Positions 63,086 through 64,000 of a DNA stretch of 64,000 bases are shown here, one piece after another. The notes under the pieces are model-generated. The model searched no databases. It was not told the DNA's origin and saw only the letters and a program-made list of their open reading frames with translations. The translations under genes were made by a program, and so were the position numbers. The stretch is taken from NCBI GenBank assembly GCA_030248215.1, contig JASANG010001409.1:310001-374000 (forward strand), read 5' to 3'. Source of the stretch: Enoplolaimus lenunculus (taxonomy: Eukaryota). Each line of letters opens with the position of its first letter. Position 1 is the stretch's first letter.

Positions 63086-63338
63086 TTAATGAAAAAATTC
63101 TTACTTTGTATCTTTAATTAAGCTTTATGTATCCAGGATACAGAAGCCAGAAAAGCTTCAGTGTCCAAGATACTACTCACTTAAAAGTCACCTGGTGTAC
63201 GCATGTTATTGTGGAAGTTGCATGTATAAATGTAGACAATCGCCTTAACCCCAGTGGGTTTCTGTGAAAAACGTTAGGAATACTGAAAGTTTACCGACCT
63301 ACATTCATAATCTAGCTTGGGCAAGGTATAATGAGTTC

Positions 63339-63534
63339 GGCCCAAGTGACTTTAAGGGGCGTCCAGGTTTCTGGTGGGTCTATAAAAGAGTACGTTTAGA
63401 TTGTAGATTACGTTTTTTGCTTAGGCTTAGGCTTAAGTTAAGGCTTAGGAACACATTTTTGCAACGGTTAGGTTTAGGCTTAGGCTTAAGAATACGCTTA
63501 CTCTACTGTTACGTCCCTAAAAGTAACATTGGTC
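63339..63534 (-). mobile_element. Family A2 MITE
   Basis: TSD ATGAGTTC/ATGAGTTT. Confidence 0.88.
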
Positions 63535-63900
63535 ATGAGTTTTTTGTTGACTTATGAGTATTGTATCCAAAGTTATTGATTAATATGAACTTTTGCGTAT
63601 CAAAACGAATATTTTAGCGCATCTGGAAACCTCTGACGACAATTTAGGTTTCAAACCTGCCAATTTCAGGCTTTGATGTTCACTGGGACAATAGTGAGTT
63701 CGTTGGGAAGTTTTTCTGTTGAACCCTGACGAATATGTCAATATCAACCGCAATTATTGTAAACAATATTGCGGAACAATGCTTCCAGGAACTAAAACGG
63801 AAGGAACCAGTGTCCAAGCGTCATTAGACCCGGTAGGAATCGTAGATGAGAATGGGTCAGCTTTGAACCTTAGCACCGTTTTGTATATAATGCCTTTATT

Positions 63901-64000
63901 GGCCCATGTAAACATGATGAGCGAACCGTTGTTCCGTAGGACTGAAATAGAGTAAGCTTAAGGTTTAGACTAGTATTTAGGCATAGGCTTAGGTTTAGGC
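63901..64000 (-). mobile_element. Family A1 MITE cut by the window end
   Basis: GGCCCATGTAAACATG start followed by TTAGGC. Confidence 0.75.

Noticed and set aside
1..64000. Assigning the organism to Nematoda from TTAGGC
   Set aside because: The hexamer appears essentially only inside MITEs here, which is not diagnostic of the host telomere or taxon.

Overview
AT-rich eukaryotic (invertebrate animal-like) DNA that is almost all intronic or intergenic. The organism cannot be identified from the sequence alone. One credible protein-coding exon is visible: minus strand 17017-16328, 230 codons, starting MGQSQS (N-myristoylation-type) and ending at a GAG|GTAAGT donor; I could not identify its downstream exons. 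The rest is a dense, often nested mosaic of short non-autonomous DNA transposons (MITEs), which I label with letters. Family A dominates, with about 35 full or partial copies by eye; it has GGCC(A/C)ATGT termini, 8-bp target-site duplications (TSDs; Merlin-like) and an interior of the telomere-type hexamer TTAGGC, sometimes expanded into 0.4-0.9 kb satellites. Other families resemble CACTA/CMC (B, C; TA target), pogo/Tc1 (D; TA), piggyBac (E; TTAA), hAT (F, G; 8 bp), P (H; 7 bp) and PIF/Harbinger (I-M; TAA/TTA). Family E carries an internal tRNA-Gly(CCC)-like A-box/B-box cassette. There are also tRNA-derived SINE-like elements, a 21-bp CpG-rich array and microsatellites. No transposase ORF was found, and most listed ORFs are artefacts of repeats. 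Superfamily calls rest only on terminal motifs and TSD length read by eye.
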